64,000 nucleotides of DNA from a virus: the IMG/VR virus record IMGVR_UViG_3300008107_007821, positions 7,461 through 71,460 of that record. One strand, 5' to 3'. The notes under the pieces were generated by a model, which was not told the DNA's origin, did no database searches, and saw nothing but the letters and a program-made list of their open reading frames with translations. Below, piece after piece: positions 29,185 through 39,403 of the stretch. Made by a program: the position numbers and the translations under genes. Numbering within the stretch: position 1 is the first letter of the stretch; every line of letters begins with the position of its first letter.

Positions 29185-29502
29185 TTAATCTCTTTGTCTC
29201 CAATCATCTGGTTTATCCCCAGAAAAGAAATCTATAATATCATCAACACCACCAAATCTGGATTTATGGTTTGAAGGATCTGGGTCTCCCAGATCAAGTT
29301 GATTCAAAAAATCATCCATACTACCCTCCTGCATATCAGGATTAGATGCACGTCTTCTTGCTTGCCTTAGAATTGTTGCTGCAGATCTATTTGATTTTGC
29401 TAGTTTCTCTGCCCAAATAATGTCTTCTAAACTTACCTCTTCTTGCTTTGCAATTCTATTGCAAATTTCCTCAAGACGCAATCTATAAGCAGTAGAGAGC
29501 AT
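29185..29502 (-). CDS. Conserved cyanophage hypothetical protein
   Basis: MLST.YRLRLE.IC...WAEKL.K.N...L.QARR...DDFLN.L.LGDPDP. Confidence 0.8.
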   Translation of the reverse strand: MLSTAYRLRLEEICNRIAKQEEVSLEDIIWAEKLAKSNRSAATILRQARRRASNPDMQEGSMDDFLNQLDLGDPDPSNHKSRFGGVDDIIDFFSGDKPDDWRQRD

Positions 29503-29530
29503 ATGTAATCTCCAGATATAGTGTATTTAG

Positions 29531-29860
29531 TTATCGCTCAATATAACTCAGTGTATGATCTTGAGCATAAAGTTGATGGATAATCATATCACATCCAATC
29601 TTAGGATTACAATCTCCACAGGTATATACATCAACTGCTGCTTTACCTTCCTCTGGCCAGGTGTGGATACTAATATGACTCTCTGATAACAAGCATATTA
29701 CCGTAACCCCTTGGGGTTCAAACTTCTTAGAGATAGTTTGAACTACTGTAGCACCACTTGCTATTGCTGCACTTTCCAGCAAATCTATAAGACAACGTTC
29801 ATCATCCAAAAGGACAAATGAACATCCATACAAATTGAGAAGATAATGCTTTCCCATCAT
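29531..29860 (-). CDS. speD: S-adenosylmethionine decarboxylase proenzyme (class 1b)
   Basis: GKH.L..L, F.PQGVT..LLSESHISIHTWPE...A.VDVYTCG. Confidence 0.93.
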   Translation of the reverse strand: MMGKHYLLNLYGCSFVLLDDERCLIDLLESAAIASGATVVQTISKKFEPQGVTVICLLSESHISIHTWPEEGKAAVDVYTCGDCNPKIGCDMIIHQLYAQDHTLSYIER

Positions 29861-30105
29861 CTTTTCTTCTTTGGTTTATCAATTCCCCATAATTTGGGGT
29901 TCACAGTTCCTTCAGTCCATTGAATTTTTTGAAGCACCCCATCACCATACTTATCATAATAGTGATCAAATATTTCAACCATAGAATTAGATTGAACTAT
30001 ATCATAGTTCCAATCATCTAGGATATAACTGACAAGGTAAGAATTTCTGGGTAGGGTTTTATCTTTAGACAATTCCTTGTCACATTGACTATGAATTATT
30101 TTCAA
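29857..30105 (-). CDS. Conserved hypothetical protein
   Basis: 82 aa, LP...YLV.Y...IFD.YYD.YG...I.WT.G.VNPKLW. Confidence 0.7.
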   Translation of the reverse strand: MKIIHSQCDKELSKDKTLPRNSYLVSYILDDWNYDIVQSNSMVEIFDHYYDKYGDGVLQKIQWTEGTVNPKLWGIDKPKKKR

Positions 30106-30109
30106 TTAT

Positions 30110-30544
30110 TCACCCCCAAACAATTTCAGGAAATGCCTCAGATACTACTGCTTTAGTAATCCTATATTTCTTATGAAGCTCTTTATCCTTGGTAGCACAC
30201 AAGACTTCTGCTTCTGAACTGTGCAGTGATTCACACAGTTGAATGAACATCACTTCTCTTTTTGTTTGAGGAAGATCACTGACTCCCTTAACAAAATGAT
30301 TGAACTTTCTCCACTCTTGGATGAGCTTAGAATGTTCTGTTCCTTCTGGAGCATCATTGGGGGTATAAGGAACTTCTCCATTAGGAATACAAGATTCAAC
30401 TTTAGAATCAAAATTCCAAATTAAAACGGACCTAAGAGCAACACTATCATAGTGCTTTAGGATTTCAATTTTTTCTTCTCTAGTTTTTGCATTAGATACT
30501 CTTTGCAAAATTTCAGAGATCAGTTGATCTGGGGGCAATTTCAT
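30110..30544 (-). CDS. Conserved T4-like-phage protein (DUF6433-like)
   Basis: EI...V...K....K...L...L..NFD......P.G..PY...F.KG......RE..FIQ..E.LH..EAE. Confidence 0.75.
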   Translation of the reverse strand: MKLPPDQLISEILQRVSNAKTREEKIEILKHYDSVALRSVLIWNFDSKVESCIPNGEVPYTPNDAPEGTEHSKLIQEWRKFNHFVKGVSDLPQTKREVMFIQLCESLHSSEAEVLCATKDKELHKKYRITKAVVSEAFPEIVWG

Positions 30545-30561
30545 TGATAAACTCCAATTAA

Positions 30562-30780
30562 TTAATCTTCTGGTTCTTCCTCTTCATCATACTCTCCATC
30601 AAAACTAAATGCTATAATTGAATCTGGAACTACATTTCCATTCTCATCAAACATTTCTGGATGTAAGTTCAATGGGTGTTGAGAATCAGTGTATTCTTTG
30701 TATAACCAACCAACAACTGCTCCTAATATCAAAGATGTAATAAAGAACATTACACAAAAAACTAATGTTACAGCAATCAT
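30562..30780 (-). CDS. Small membrane protein
   Basis: N-terminal TM helix, HPEMFDENGN motif, acidic tail. Confidence 0.7.
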   Translation of the reverse strand: MIAVTLVFCVMFFITSLILGAVVGWLYKEYTDSQHPLNLHPEMFDENGNVVPDSIIAFSFDGEYDEEEEPED

Positions 30781-30795
30781 TTTATATCTCCTATG

Positions 30796-30975
30796 TTAGT
30801 TATGGTTCCTTACATCAAAGGAAAAATGAAAGGAGATGGTTATATCCTTTTTAAAGAGGGAAACCATCTTTTCAAAGTAAAAAGAAAATGTTTTCTTTTT
30901 AGGTTTCCTCCTTCTTAATATGATGTCAACACCCCTGTTAATGTCAGAGGTCTTATTGTTATTTATAGTTGCCAT
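30796..30975 (-). CDS. Small hypothetical protein
   Basis: MATINNNK...NRGVDIILRRRKPK; ATG overlaps the glutaredoxin stop. Confidence 0.55.
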   Translation of the reverse strand: MATINNNKTSDINRGVDIILRRRKPKKKTFSFYFEKMVSLFKKDITISFHFSFDVRNHN

Positions 30976-31223
30976 TACAACAAAGATTTTTCCTGCAGAT
31001 ATTTTACTGTATCTGCACATCCACCAATATGTTTCTGTTCATGTACAACTTGTGGGAAAGTTGAACCTTCTCCAAACTCTTTATAAAATTCTTCTCTAGA
31101 AAAATGTGTGTCTAAAGTATATTCTCTAACTGAATATCCTTTATCAACACTTAAAGAATTTAAAACATTAATAACTTTGGTGCAATAAGGGCAACCTCTT
31201 TTTGAATAAACTGTGAAATTCAT
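30975..31223 (-). CDS. nrdC: Glutaredoxin
   Basis: YSK.GCPYC, TFPQV, IGGC.D. Confidence 0.92.
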   Translation of the reverse strand: MNFTVYSKRGCPYCTKVINVLNSLSVDKGYSVREYTLDTHFSREEFYKEFGEGSTFPQVVHEQKHIGGCADTVKYLQEKSLL

Positions 31224-31225
31224 AT

Positions 31226-32488
31226 TTAAATTCTTACTGGGTGTGGTCTACGTTTGTTTGATTTTACAGCACATAACCAAGCATTTACAACTGCTATGTT
31301 ATTGTCCCACCAATTAGTTTCAAGTCTAAATTCTTGAAACTTAATATCAGTGTTTCTAATAAATTGTGCTTGTGCTTGTCTGGTATAATACCAAAAACTA
31401 TTTTCATTCCAATAACTAACATGGGTTGGGTCTTGCCATGCTCCTCTACCATCAGTAGAAGGGACTTCAATAAATGCCCAACCTCCATCAACAAGCACTC
31501 TATATATCTCACTCATTGTTTTGATTGGATCTTTCAAGTGTTCAATCACATGACTAGCATTGATAACTCCTACGCTATTATCTGGCAAAGGAATTCCTTC
31601 ATTCAAGTCACAGGTAATATCAGCACCTTCTTGGTCTATTGTAACATATCCAGGTCTAGGAAACAACCCTCCACCAATATCCACTTTCATCAATCCATTT
31701 AGATCAGCATCCCTCTCTGCAAGAAGTTGTCCATATTGATGAAACAATTCAAATGTCTTAATCTGAATGTCTGCATTCCTCTGCAGTTGAGTATTATCTC
31801 CACCAGGAAGCCATCTATAATAATAAAGAACTTTTGGAATAAAATGGAACTTTGTTTCTAAGTATGTCCTAATCATTAACTCATGATCATCACAGACATT
31901 TAAATCTGGGTTGTGTCCGCCAAGTTTATGGTACACACTTGTTCTCCAAGATCTAACATGATCAGGGGCATACCAAATGATACCAACACTATGACTTGTT
32001 GCAGGGAAGCTATCAATCTTAATAAAATCTTCCCCTCTAAAGTTCATCCACTTATAGGTCCACCCATTATCAGGATTCCAAGGAATCTTATATTCAGGTC
32101 CTCTCATATCATAAAGTAGGTCTTCACTATAAACAAAACCTACTTCAGGATCTTGATATGCCAGATTCAATTCCATCAAACAATCTTCATGAAGTAAATC
32201 ATCATGATCTGCTTCAACAAGAACATCTCCTCTGCCAAGATAAAATGCTTTGTTTTTAATAAATCCAACATTAGGGTGAGTAATTCCATCATAAATTTTA
32301 ACTCTGGAATCTTCCTTTATTTCCTGTGGGATGTTTACAACTTTACAATTGCCATTTAAGTATAAGACCCACTCCCAATTAGTATATGTTTGAGATTTAA
32401 TAGTCTCATAAAGCTCTAATAAGAATGGTATATTTTCTTTCTTATGCTCAGGTGTAATGATGCTAAATTTATAATCCATATCAATCAA
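31226..32488 (-). CDS. GT2 glycosyltransferase fused to a class I SAM methyltransferase-like domain
   Basis: SIITP...QTY.NWEW...DHDD...CDDHEL; C-terminal VDIGGG...SHVIEHL...EIYRVLVDGG...DPTH. Confidence 0.85.
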   Translation of the reverse strand: MIDMDYKFSIITPEHKKENIPFLLELYETIKSQTYTNWEWVLYLNGNCKVVNIPQEIKEDSRVKIYDGITHPNVGFIKNKAFYLGRGDVLVEADHDDLLHEDCLMELNLAYQDPEVGFVYSEDLLYDMRGPEYKIPWNPDNGWTYKWMNFRGEDFIKIDSFPATSHSVGIIWYAPDHVRSWRTSVYHKLGGHNPDLNVCDDHELMIRTYLETKFHFIPKVLYYYRWLPGGDNTQLQRNADIQIKTFELFHQYGQLLAERDADLNGLMKVDIGGGLFPRPGYVTIDQEGADITCDLNEGIPLPDNSVGVINASHVIEHLKDPIKTMSEIYRVLVDGGWAFIEVPSTDGRGAWQDPTHVSYWNENSFWYYTRQAQAQFIRNTDIKFQEFRLETNWWDNNIAVVNAWLCAVKSNKRRPHPVRI

Positions 32489-33068
32489 AAAAGAACATGT
32501 GAAATAGTCTAGAGTCTTCTAGGGTTTGACCAAAGTATTGGGAAGCTGAATGAATACATTTGCCATTGAAAATAACTAATCTATTAAAAACATTTCCCAC
32601 TGTATCCACCAACTCAAATTTAGTTTTATCATAGAACCCACCATTAAATGCAGCATCTATTCCAGGTTCAGAAGCATGTCTTACCCTAGTTTCTCTATGT
32701 GCATACATTGAGGTCCCACTTTCATAAGGAGCATTAGGAGTTAGGTATACCATACCTGCCCATTGTTGTCCATCAATATGATAAACCAAAGGATCTTCTG
32801 CAGTACATGACTGAAAAACTCCATTTACATTATACTCATCCCATACTGCAATCTTTTGCCCTATGATTTCTTCAAATGCGTTTCTAGTTCCAGGAACAAT
32901 ATATCTTTCTGTAGTTCTTTTCCCCTTGAAGTATCTAAGGTCTGGTTGAAAATCTCCATTAGATAGAGCAAATTCTCTAACAGCATAAGGATCTTCATAA
33001 AAATTATCCACTACAAAAATTCTTTTATCTGGATTTAAATTTAAATTACTTACTGTTAGAAATTTCAT
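32481..33068 (-). CDS. 2OG-Fe(II) oxygenase-like protein (DUF6445-like)
   Basis: VVDNFY.DP..VR.FAL, HxD (YHID), WAG.VYLTP, NRL, distal His (IHSA), RLF..FFF. Confidence 0.75.
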   Translation of the reverse strand: MKFLTVSNLNLNPDKRIFVVDNFYEDPYAVREFALSNGDFQPDLRYFKGKRTTERYIVPGTRNAFEEIIGQKIAVWDEYNVNGVFQSCTAEDPLVYHIDGQQWAGMVYLTPNAPYESGTSMYAHRETRVRHASEPGIDAAFNGGFYDKTKFELVDTVGNVFNRLVIFNGKCIHSASQYFGQTLEDSRLFHMFFFD

Positions 33069-34143
33069 TTTTAATTTTATTCATAGAGGACTCTATTACC
33101 ACATGCATATCCATGTACTTATACTCAGACAATCTACCTCCAAATATAAAATTAGTCAAGGTCTTTGATTTGTCTCTATATTGTCTATAGATTGTTTGAT
33201 TGGAATCTGTGTTAATAGGATAGTATGGAATCATTCCTGGTTTAAAGTCCAAAGAATATTCTTTTGTAACTACACTCTTATCAGAATCTACCATCTCAAA
33301 ATGTTTGTGATCAATAGATCTAGTGTATTTTACAACATGGTCACAATAATTTTTAACTGCAACTCCTTGAACATTAGATTGATTTACTACTTTATGTTCA
33401 AACTTAAGAGATCTATATTCTAATTGTCCAAACTCATAATCAAAAAATTCATCTATGCATCCAGTGTAAACTACTTTCTTTGCCAAAGAATTAAAGTAGA
33501 ATCTATCATCAAAATAATCAGTATTTAATTTAACATCAATTCCACTCAACATTTTTTTCATCATAGAAGTATATCCTCCTATGGGAATTCCTTGATAGGT
33601 ATCATTAAAATAATTATTATTAAAAGTAAACCTCAAAGGAATTCTTTTGATAATTGATGGGGGAAGTTGTGTGGCATGTCTTCCCCACTGCTTCTCTGTA
33701 TAACCTTTAATTAAGGTTTCATATATGTCTTTGCCAACTAATGACAGTGCTTGCTCTTCTAAGTTAGTTGGGTCTCCATGAAATTTTTGACTTTCTATTA
33801 TTAGTTTTGCATGTTCAGGTACAGAAGTTTCCCATAACTCATAGAAAGTATTCATATTAAAAGGCAGAGAATAAACCTTATGATTAGAAACTGCCTTTGG
33901 AGAATTAATAAAATTATTAAAAGTTGCATACTGATTTACAAAATCCCAAACAAATTTATTGCTTGTGTGGAAGATATGAGGTCCATAAGCATGAACATTG
34001 ATCCCTTCTATCTTCTCTGTGTAACAGTTGCCCCCAATGTGAGATCTTTTATCAATAATTAAACAAGACTTGCCAGCATCAGCAGCAAGTCTTGCAAATG
34101 TTATTCCAAATAATCCACACCCAACAATCAGATAATCATACAT
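33046..34143 (-). CDS. glf: UDP-galactopyranose mutase
   Basis: GCGLFG FAD motif, HIGGNCY, YGPHIFHT, YTEKQWG, PYYP, GRLSEYKYMDM. Confidence 0.95.
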   Translation of the reverse strand: MYDYLIVGCGLFGITFARLAADAGKSCLIIDKRSHIGGNCYTEKIEGINVHAYGPHIFHTSNKFVWDFVNQYATFNNFINSPKAVSNHKVYSLPFNMNTFYELWETSVPEHAKLIIESQKFHGDPTNLEEQALSLVGKDIYETLIKGYTEKQWGRHATQLPPSIIKRIPLRFTFNNNYFNDTYQGIPIGGYTSMMKKMLSGIDVKLNTDYFDDRFYFNSLAKKVVYTGCIDEFFDYEFGQLEYRSLKFEHKVVNQSNVQGVAVKNYCDHVVKYTRSIDHKHFEMVDSDKSVVTKEYSLDFKPGMIPYYPINTDSNQTIYRQYRDKSKTLTNFIFGGRLSEYKYMDMHVVIESSMNKIKNEISNSK

Positions 34144-35230
34144 TTTCTATCTTATTTTTGATATCATTGAACAAATTATGGACATATGTTCCAGTATCTT
34201 GATAGCATTCATTATGAATTAGAAATGCCAAGTTTGGAAAGGGATTAACTCTATCCTTACTCATTATTTTAGTGCAAATTGAATAAGCAGTTTCATAATC
34301 TTGAAGGATATTATAAGTTTCAACTAATCCACAAAGATGTTCATTTCTCATTGAGCAAAACATATCACACTTCTTATATGCAATGATAGCATTTTGAAAG
34401 TCTTGGCAGAACTTATAAGCATTTCCTATCAAGTACTGAGCATAATAAAACATTTCATCTGAATTTCCTTTATAGAAATATTGTATGAATTGCTCAAAGT
34501 AAAAGATACATCTTCTTGCATATTCTTTTTGCTGAGCATATCCAAGAGGAAATACATCTGCTCCATAGCAGTCATTATAGCTCTTCCCAACATAAAAGAA
34601 ATGATAAGGATCAGATAACAAAGTATTCTGAGATATGTTTTGATTCTCTAGTTCTAATGCATCAGTTAAAAACTTAGTTGGATTAACCCATGTTTCTCCA
34701 TCATTGGTAATGATATGTCTAAATGACTTAGGCAAATTAAGTCTTTGAAATTCTTCTCCAACATCAGGAAGATAGATACACTCATGCCTTTTATCATGCT
34801 TGAATCTCCAAGGAAAATTGGCATTCCAAAACCAAGTTCTATAATAAAAAGAACCAGGAGAGTTTGCAGTAATATTCCAACTTTGCACTTCTGTTTGATC
34901 TAGTAGACTCCAATCAAAATCATCATCTATGCTTAATTGTTCATCAGCATCCATCCTGAGAATCCAATCACAGTTATGGTCTGCCTTTAGACACTCTTGA
35001 AGAGCATGATCTCTATTCCATCCAGGAAAATTCCATGCAATCTCATATGTAAATCCAGGAATATTCTTTTCCTTAAAGAACTCATCTATAATATTTCTAG
35101 TTCCATCATTACCATTACATTGAATTACATAGTAATCAACATACTTATAGCAAGATTCAAGCATCCTCAAAATTACTTTCTCTTCATTTCCTACCATAGA
35201 ATGAAGACATATTTTAGATCTCTTATTCAT
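34136..35230 (-). CDS. GT2-like glycosyltransferase with C-terminal TPR-like helices
   Basis: KICL...V.NEE..I.R.LES...RDHAL...WIL..DADE...HE; MNKRSK start preferred. Confidence 0.75.
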   Translation of the reverse strand: MNKRSKICLHSMVGNEEKVILRMLESCYKYVDYYVIQCNGNDGTRNIIDEFFKEKNIPGFTYEIAWNFPGWNRDHALQECLKADHNCDWILRMDADEQLSIDDDFDWSLLDQTEVQSWNITANSPGSFYYRTWFWNANFPWRFKHDKRHECIYLPDVGEEFQRLNLPKSFRHIITNDGETWVNPTKFLTDALELENQNISQNTLLSDPYHFFYVGKSYNDCYGADVFPLGYAQQKEYARRCIFYFEQFIQYFYKGNSDEMFYYAQYLIGNAYKFCQDFQNAIIAYKKCDMFCSMRNEHLCGLVETYNILQDYETAYSICTKIMSKDRVNPFPNLAFLIHNECYQDTGTYVHNLFNDIKNKIENV

Positions 35231-35231
35231 A

Positions 35232-35798
35232 TCAATATCTTGTGTTAAAGAAAAATGTTTGGAATAATCTCCCATTCTCTAAGTTGTTACCAAAGTAATC
35301 AACAGAGGCATGGAAAAGACTTCCTGGATATAGGATTAATCTATTATAAACATTACCAATCCTATCAACAACTTCCCACTTTGTATAATCCCTTGCATGT
35401 TCTCCATGATCAGAACTTCCTACTGATTTTCTATCCCCGCTTTCCTTATGAATATACAAAGCAGTGCCACCACTAATAGGAGCATTTGGAGTCAAATAAC
35501 AAACCCCTGCCCACATATTATTATAATCAGAATGGATCCAAGTCCTATCTTCTGCTGTACAAATTTGAAATGCTCCAGTATATCCATCTCCATTTTCATC
35601 AAGTAACCAATCAGTTACACTCCCTGCAGCATGTGACACAAGAGCATTGATAACTTCCTTATGACTATCATTTAGAAAAGATCTGGTTCTAAGTCCAGGG
35701 TAATTTCCTCTTACAGCAAACTCCTGCTGCAAAGCAAAACTCCTTACTGAATCAGGATCATTATAAAAATTATCAGCTACTATTAGATTAACATTCAT
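35232..35798 (-). CDS. 2OG-Fe(II) oxygenase-like protein (DUF6445-like), paralog of 32481..33068
   Basis: DNFY.DP..VR.FAL, WIHSD, WAGVCYLTP, NRL, FHAS, RLFQTFFF. Confidence 0.75.
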   Translation of the reverse strand: MNVNLIVADNFYNDPDSVRSFALQQEFAVRGNYPGLRTRSFLNDSHKEVINALVSHAAGSVTDWLLDENGDGYTGAFQICTAEDRTWIHSDYNNMWAGVCYLTPNAPISGGTALYIHKESGDRKSVGSSDHGEHARDYTKWEVVDRIGNVYNRLILYPGSLFHASVDYFGNNLENGRLFQTFFFNTRY

Positions 35799-36547
35799 TC
35801 TACTACAGATCCAGTTTTAGAACAATATTTTACATTAGGGTCAATATATTTAAATCCATCCCATCCAGGTTCATTTTCTGCAACTCTTTTTCCATGAAAA
35901 TAATCTCCAATGTGATTAACCATGATTCCACCTTCAGAAGTCTTTAATAGTCCTGACCCAATATTATACTTATGCTGCAAGTAATTAGCAATAACAGACT
36001 CTGATGGATTGAATCCTGTCTCTTCCAAAATAGGTTCTCTAGCAATCCATGCAGGATACAGAGACATCAGCATCCAAAAGTATGGAGTTGCTTTTTCATA
36101 CCTATAGTGCTTAAACATTACATCATCATCTTTAGGACCTATTTCTTCTGTTTCAAAATTATACCAATTATTTCTTTTTAACTGAACTTGGGAAAGTGTA
36201 TTATCTTGCTGAAGAATTTCAACCATATCCATAATTTTTAATGGATGCATTACTTCTACATCATCTTCATGATGAAAAATATAATCATAATCACTATCCT
36301 TAACTATATCAAAAAGTTGCTGCCAGGTTTTAGTGATCCCCATATTTTCTACATGGAGAATTGCTTCATTATATCCATTAGAAAATACAAATTCTAATAG
36401 GGAATTATCATCTCTTCCCATTGGATAGTCATCAATGAATAGATGATGGACATCCAATTCACTGAAATCTAATTTTTTATTTGCTTCAAATGTTTTTTTA
36501 AGAAACTCTACTCTGTTAGTAGAAAAAACTACATGAAGTAATTTCAT
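35795..36547 (-). CDS. GT-A fold glycosyltransferase
   Basis: R..FL..T, FIDD, DYIFHHEDD, HIG. Confidence 0.7.
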   Translation of the reverse strand: MKLLHVVFSTNRVEFLKKTFEANKKLDFSELDVHHLFIDDYPMGRDDNSLLEFVFSNGYNEAILHVENMGITKTWQQLFDIVKDSDYDYIFHHEDDVEVMHPLKIMDMVEILQQDNTLSQVQLKRNNWYNFETEEIGPKDDDVMFKHYRYEKATPYFWMLMSLYPAWIAREPILEETGFNPSESVIANYLQHKYNIGSGLLKTSEGGIMVNHIGDYFHGKRVAENEPGWDGFKYIDPNVKYCSKTGSVVE

Positions 36548-36858
36548 ATGATTACAGGTTCTCCTTGTCCTTCTGGAAGTTTAATTTGAGGCAACTGATT
36601 AATTTTTTCAACCATCCAATCTTCTTGATGTTTTTTATAAGATTCTGTATTAATAGTTATTTCATTGGTTGGAAGTGCCTTTGGAGTTTCAACATCTATC
36701 ACTTGATCCATCAGTACCTTGTTTTTGACAATTTCACGATTTGGTCCATCCAGATGCATCATCATTCTTGCATCTTCAAAACTACCACAATCACAAATTT
36801 TCTTATGAGTCCTTCTTTCTCTGACTGTATAGTAATCTTCACTATTGTACTTTTTCAT
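36544..36858 (-). CDS. Hypothetical protein
   Basis: 104 aa ORF; stop overlaps the downstream start. Confidence 0.65.
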   Translation of the reverse strand: MKKYNSEDYYTVRERRTHKKICDCGSFEDARMMMHLDGPNREIVKNKVLMDQVIDVETPKALPTNEITINTESYKKHQEDWMVEKINQLPQIKLPEGQGEPVII

Positions 36859-36967
36859 TTTTTAAAGTCTTTTGATTATTATAGGTCTTTGATGGTGGTC
36901 TGTAAAGTCCAGGCCAAGTATCCCTAATTATTTCTGCAAGTTTATATGGAGTTGTAGAGGTTATCAT
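36842..36967 (-). CDS. Small hypothetical protein (41 aa; not in track)
   Basis: MITSTTPYKLAEIIRDTWPGLYRPP...; ATGA overlap with the upstream stop; fills the gap. Confidence 0.55.
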   Translation of the reverse strand: MITSTTPYKLAEIIRDTWPGLYRPPSKTYNNQKTLKNEKVQ

Positions 36968-38010
36968 AAATTTGGATCAGGTGGTCTAGGAGTTGGTTTA
37001 AACATACATTCTGAGGCATCAAGTCCCCAATTACGATAGAAGTCCGAGCGATCTATAAATCCATTTTCATTCACAATTGTTCCATATCCATCATCACGGA
37101 ACATCCAACTACCAACAGAATCGTCGAAATCAACCCAATCATTTAAGAAATCATCTCTTCCCCATACTAAACAATATTCATTGATAAATGCACCATTTGG
37201 ATGTTGATCTTTCCAATCATTTTCAAGAGTACCAAATCTAGCATTTTTATCTGATACTGATTCAACCACATAAAAACGTGAAGGTTCTTGTTTAACAAGA
37301 TATGTAATCCACTGCCAAACATCATTGGCAAGAATATTTCCATTATAATCAAGTATGGGTTGACTTTCATCTTGCACAAACCCTCTTGTGTCTACCCATT
37401 CATCACATCCCCAGTTACATTGTTTGCATGGACTGAACTGTGGACTTTCACCAAACCAAAATCCAATTTTCCATTTATCATATGGGAAACACTTTTTAAG
37501 AACTTGTGCTTTACACTCTCTACTAACTACAGTGAGTGCTTCATTATAAGGAACAGATGCATAAACAAAATCAAATGTATCAAAATCTGCAACTTTGACT
37601 ACATTATTCTTATAGGTCCATACATCATTAATATGTTGATCTGGATATGAAACCACAGGAGCAATCATCTTATCTTTGATAGTGGTGATTGTCTCAGTCA
37701 ATCTTTCATAGCAACTTGAAATATTTTCATTCAAGTTTGGATAGTCTTGCAGATTATCATGAATAGATTCTACAAATGCTCCAAGGACCCAAGATATAAG
37801 TTCTCTTTGAGGAAGTGCTTCTATACTACCAATTAAATCAAAAGCAGTCCAAAAAAGATTTGAAAGGAAGGATTGTCCAACTTCTTTATTATCTTGCTCT
37901 TGTAACTTTAGATAAATTTCTGGTATTGCAGAATTCATATTATTCTGCAACTCACTAAGAAATGCATTTAATGTTTGAAAATTTGCAACTAATTTTGAAT
38001 GTTCCATCAT
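36964..38010 (-). CDS. Hypothetical protein (Trp/Asp-rich C-terminus)
   Basis: 348 aa ORF; no family recognised. Confidence 0.7.
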   Translation of the reverse strand: MMEHSKLVANFQTLNAFLSELQNNMNSAIPEIYLKLQEQDNKEVGQSFLSNLFWTAFDLIGSIEALPQRELISWVLGAFVESIHDNLQDYPNLNENISSCYERLTETITTIKDKMIAPVVSYPDQHINDVWTYKNNVVKVADFDTFDFVYASVPYNEALTVVSRECKAQVLKKCFPYDKWKIGFWFGESPQFSPCKQCNWGCDEWVDTRGFVQDESQPILDYNGNILANDVWQWITYLVKQEPSRFYVVESVSDKNARFGTLENDWKDQHPNGAFINEYCLVWGRDDFLNDWVDFDDSVGSWMFRDDGYGTIVNENGFIDRSDFYRNWGLDASECMFKPTPRPPDPNL

Positions 38011-38107
38011 AAATTATATTCTTTTCTATGTATCATAAGTCTTGGGTGATAGACATAATAAACATAAAGAGTCCAAAAAGTTGAAAGAATAAAAGAATAG
38101 TAAACAT

Positions 38108-38134
38108 AAAAAAAGGAGTTCTTTTGGAACTCCT
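38108..38134 (-). terminator. Rho-independent terminator after psbA
   Basis: AGGAGTTC/GAACTCCT stem plus T7. Confidence 0.8.
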
Positions 38135-38157
38135 CTATTTATTTTTTATTGTTTATA

Positions 38158-39240
38158 TCAACCAATTGCAGGTGCAGTAAGAGCAACAGGAGTTGCTTCA
38201 ACACTTGCAAGATCAAGTGGGAAGTTGTGAGCATTGCGCTCATGCATTACCTCAAATCCAAGGTTGGCACGGTTGAGGATATCTGCCCAGGTGTTAATCA
38301 CATGACCATTGTTATCAAGCAGTGACTGGTTAAAATTGAAACCATTCAAGTTGAATGCCATCGTGCTAACTCCCAGAGCAGCGAACCAAATACCAACAAC
38401 AGGCCAAGCAGCCAGGAAGAAATGTAGACTGCGAGAGTTGTTGAATGATGCATATTGGAAGATGAGTCTTCCAAAGTATCCGTGTGCTGCAACGATGTTG
38501 TAAGTTTCTTCTTCTTGTCCAAATTTGTATCCATAGTTTTGTGACTCGTTTTCTGTAGTTTCACGCACCAGTGAAGAGGTTACAAGTGAACCGTGCATTG
38601 CACTGAACAGTGAACCACCAAACACACCAGCAACTCCAAGCATATGGAAGGGGTGCATCAGGATATTGTGTTCTGCCTGGAACACAAGCATGTAGTTAAA
38701 AGTACCAGAGATGCCAAGAGGCATTGCATCAGAGAAGGAACCTTGACCAAAAGGATAAACCAGGAATACTGCAGATGCAGCAGCAACAGGTGCAGAGTAT
38801 GCAACACAAATCCAAGGACGCATACCCAGACGGTATGAGAGTTCCCATTCACGACCCATATAAGCATAGATACCAATAAGGAAGTGGAAGACTACAAGTT
38901 GGAAAGGTCCCCCATTGTAGAGCCATTCATCTAGGGAAGCAGATTCCCAGATGGGGTAAAAGTGCAGTCCAATAGCATTGGACGAAGGGACAACAGCACC
39001 AGAGATGATGTTGTTTCCATACATTAGAGAACCAGCAACAGGTTCACGAATACCATCAATGTCCACAGGAGGTGCAGCAATAAATGCAACAATAAAGCAA
39101 ATTGTTGCTGCGAGTAATGTTGGAATCATCAAGGTTCCAAACCACCCCACATAAAGACGATTATCGGTTGAAGTTACCCAGTTGCAAAACTGTTCCCAAA
39201 TATTTGATTGTGATTTTTGACGTGAAAGTGTAGCAGTCAT
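38158..39240 (-). CDS. psbA: Photosystem II D1 protein (E130 high-light-type form)
   Basis: [48 protein letters not shown]; uninterrupted. Confidence 0.99.
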   Translation of the reverse strand: MTATLSRQKSQSNIWEQFCNWVTSTDNRLYVGWFGTLMIPTLLAATICFIVAFIAAPPVDIDGIREPVAGSLMYGNNIISGAVVPSSNAIGLHFYPIWESASLDEWLYNGGPFQLVVFHFLIGIYAYMGREWELSYRLGMRPWICVAYSAPVAAASAVFLVYPFGQGSFSDAMPLGISGTFNYMLVFQAEHNILMHPFHMLGVAGVFGGSLFSAMHGSLVTSSLVRETTENESQNYGYKFGQEEETYNIVAAHGYFGRLIFQYASFNNSRSLHFFLAAWPVVGIWFAALGVSTMAFNLNGFNFNQSLLDNNGHVINTWADILNRANLGFEVMHERNAHNFPLDLASVEATPVALTAPAIG

Positions 39241-39254
39241 TTTTAATTAAGAGT

Positions 39255-39360
39255 AAGTAAATCCATCAGGGAAATGGTGGAATACTTATTTCTCTGTCAC
39301 CCTCAGACAGAGATATGAGAGACTTCATTTATACTCCCCATAGGTCTCGGTTAATGGGAG
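39255..39360 (-). ncRNA. PhotoRC-II-like structured psbA leader
   Basis: CTCCC..AACCGAGACCT..GGGAG hairpin whose GAGAC can pair with downstream GTCTC; TCTCTGTC/GACAGAGA hairpin whose AGGG loop can pair with downstream CCCT. Confidence 0.75.
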
Positions 39361-39403
39361 TTACAAAGGTTAATGAAATGTCACATTCCTTAACCTGTTG
39401 ATG

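Noticed and set aside
38033-38107. 24-aa hydrophobic ORF MFTILLFFQLFGLFMFIMSITQDL after the psbA terminator
   Set aside because: It starts right at the terminator U-tract with no RBS and may just reflect T-rich sequence; it is not excluded.
38158-39240. Intron or homing endonuclease in psbA, thyX or nrdAB
   Set aside because: All these reading frames are continuous and of normal length within the window.
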